Below, piece after piece: positions 63,765 to 64,000 of a DNA stretch of 64,000 nt. The notes beneath the pieces were generated by a model. The model had not been told where the DNA came from. It made no database searches and was given only the letters and a program-made list of their open reading frames with translations. The stretch's first letter is position 1. Each line of letters opens with the position of its first letter. This DNA comes from Lama guanicoe. Taxonomy: Eukaryota. The stretch lies in contig MU053376.1 of the NCBI GenBank assembly GCA_013239625.1, positions 706,833 to 770,832 of the forward strand, written 5' to 3'. The position numbers and the translations under genes were made by a program.

Positions 63765-64000
63765 CCTTCTGCTTTGCCCTCAAAAATCTCCCAAGTGGCA
63801 TGTTTTAGAATTGCATAGTTTCCTAATGATGCTGGAATTGTGCTTGTGTATAAGGTCTGCGAGAAGCTTCATAGCCAGAGAGTGGGCCAGTGTGGTGTGA
63901 GGATCAGGAACACGAAGCAGGCAGGCTAGAGGGGAGAGAAGCGATTGTGATAAATGAGCTGAAATTTAAGAGAAAGAGAGGCAAGGGCGAGGGTGGGCAG

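Noticed and set aside
1..64000. CRISPR arrays, operons, rRNA or other prokaryote-type systems
   Set aside because: No regularly spaced repeat-spacer array and no gene-dense coding; the sequence is mammalian intergenic and intronic DNA.

Overview
Mammalian genomic DNA, very probably a camelid (camel/alpaca/llama group): it carries seven copies of a tRNA-Ala-derived SINE of the Vic-1 type plus young L1 3' ends. I find no supportable protein-coding exon; the ORF track is explained by chance ORFs and decayed repeats. The window centres on a CpG-island, TATA-less promoter at ~26.06-26.54 kb (four GC boxes, Inr TCAGTCC at 26296-26302). It drives a + strand, probably non-coding first exon (~26298-26512/26516), followed by an apparent first intron of >37 kb running off the window. 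The ~26 kb upstream is intergenic and repeat-rich (L1, L2, MIR, MER63, MER5, MER3, MER21, ERV1 solo LTRs, MLT1), with several cleanly nested insertions. The exon loosely reminds me of the PKNOX2 5' exon, but I cannot verify this and assign no symbol. Most interesting candidates: (1) two overlapping splice donors 4 nt apart that decide whether the exon's only ATG gives a closed 36-aa uORF or an open frame; (2) a near-perfect recursive-splicing (AG|GTGAGT) site deep in intron 1; (3) a MER41-like solo LTR with remnant STAT motifs ~9.5 kb upstream; (4) a co-oriented CTCF motif pair; (5) a perfect 109-bp duplication starting at a G-quadruplex motif. Repeat family names come from recalled consensus similarity, not a database search; edges of old repeats are approximate.
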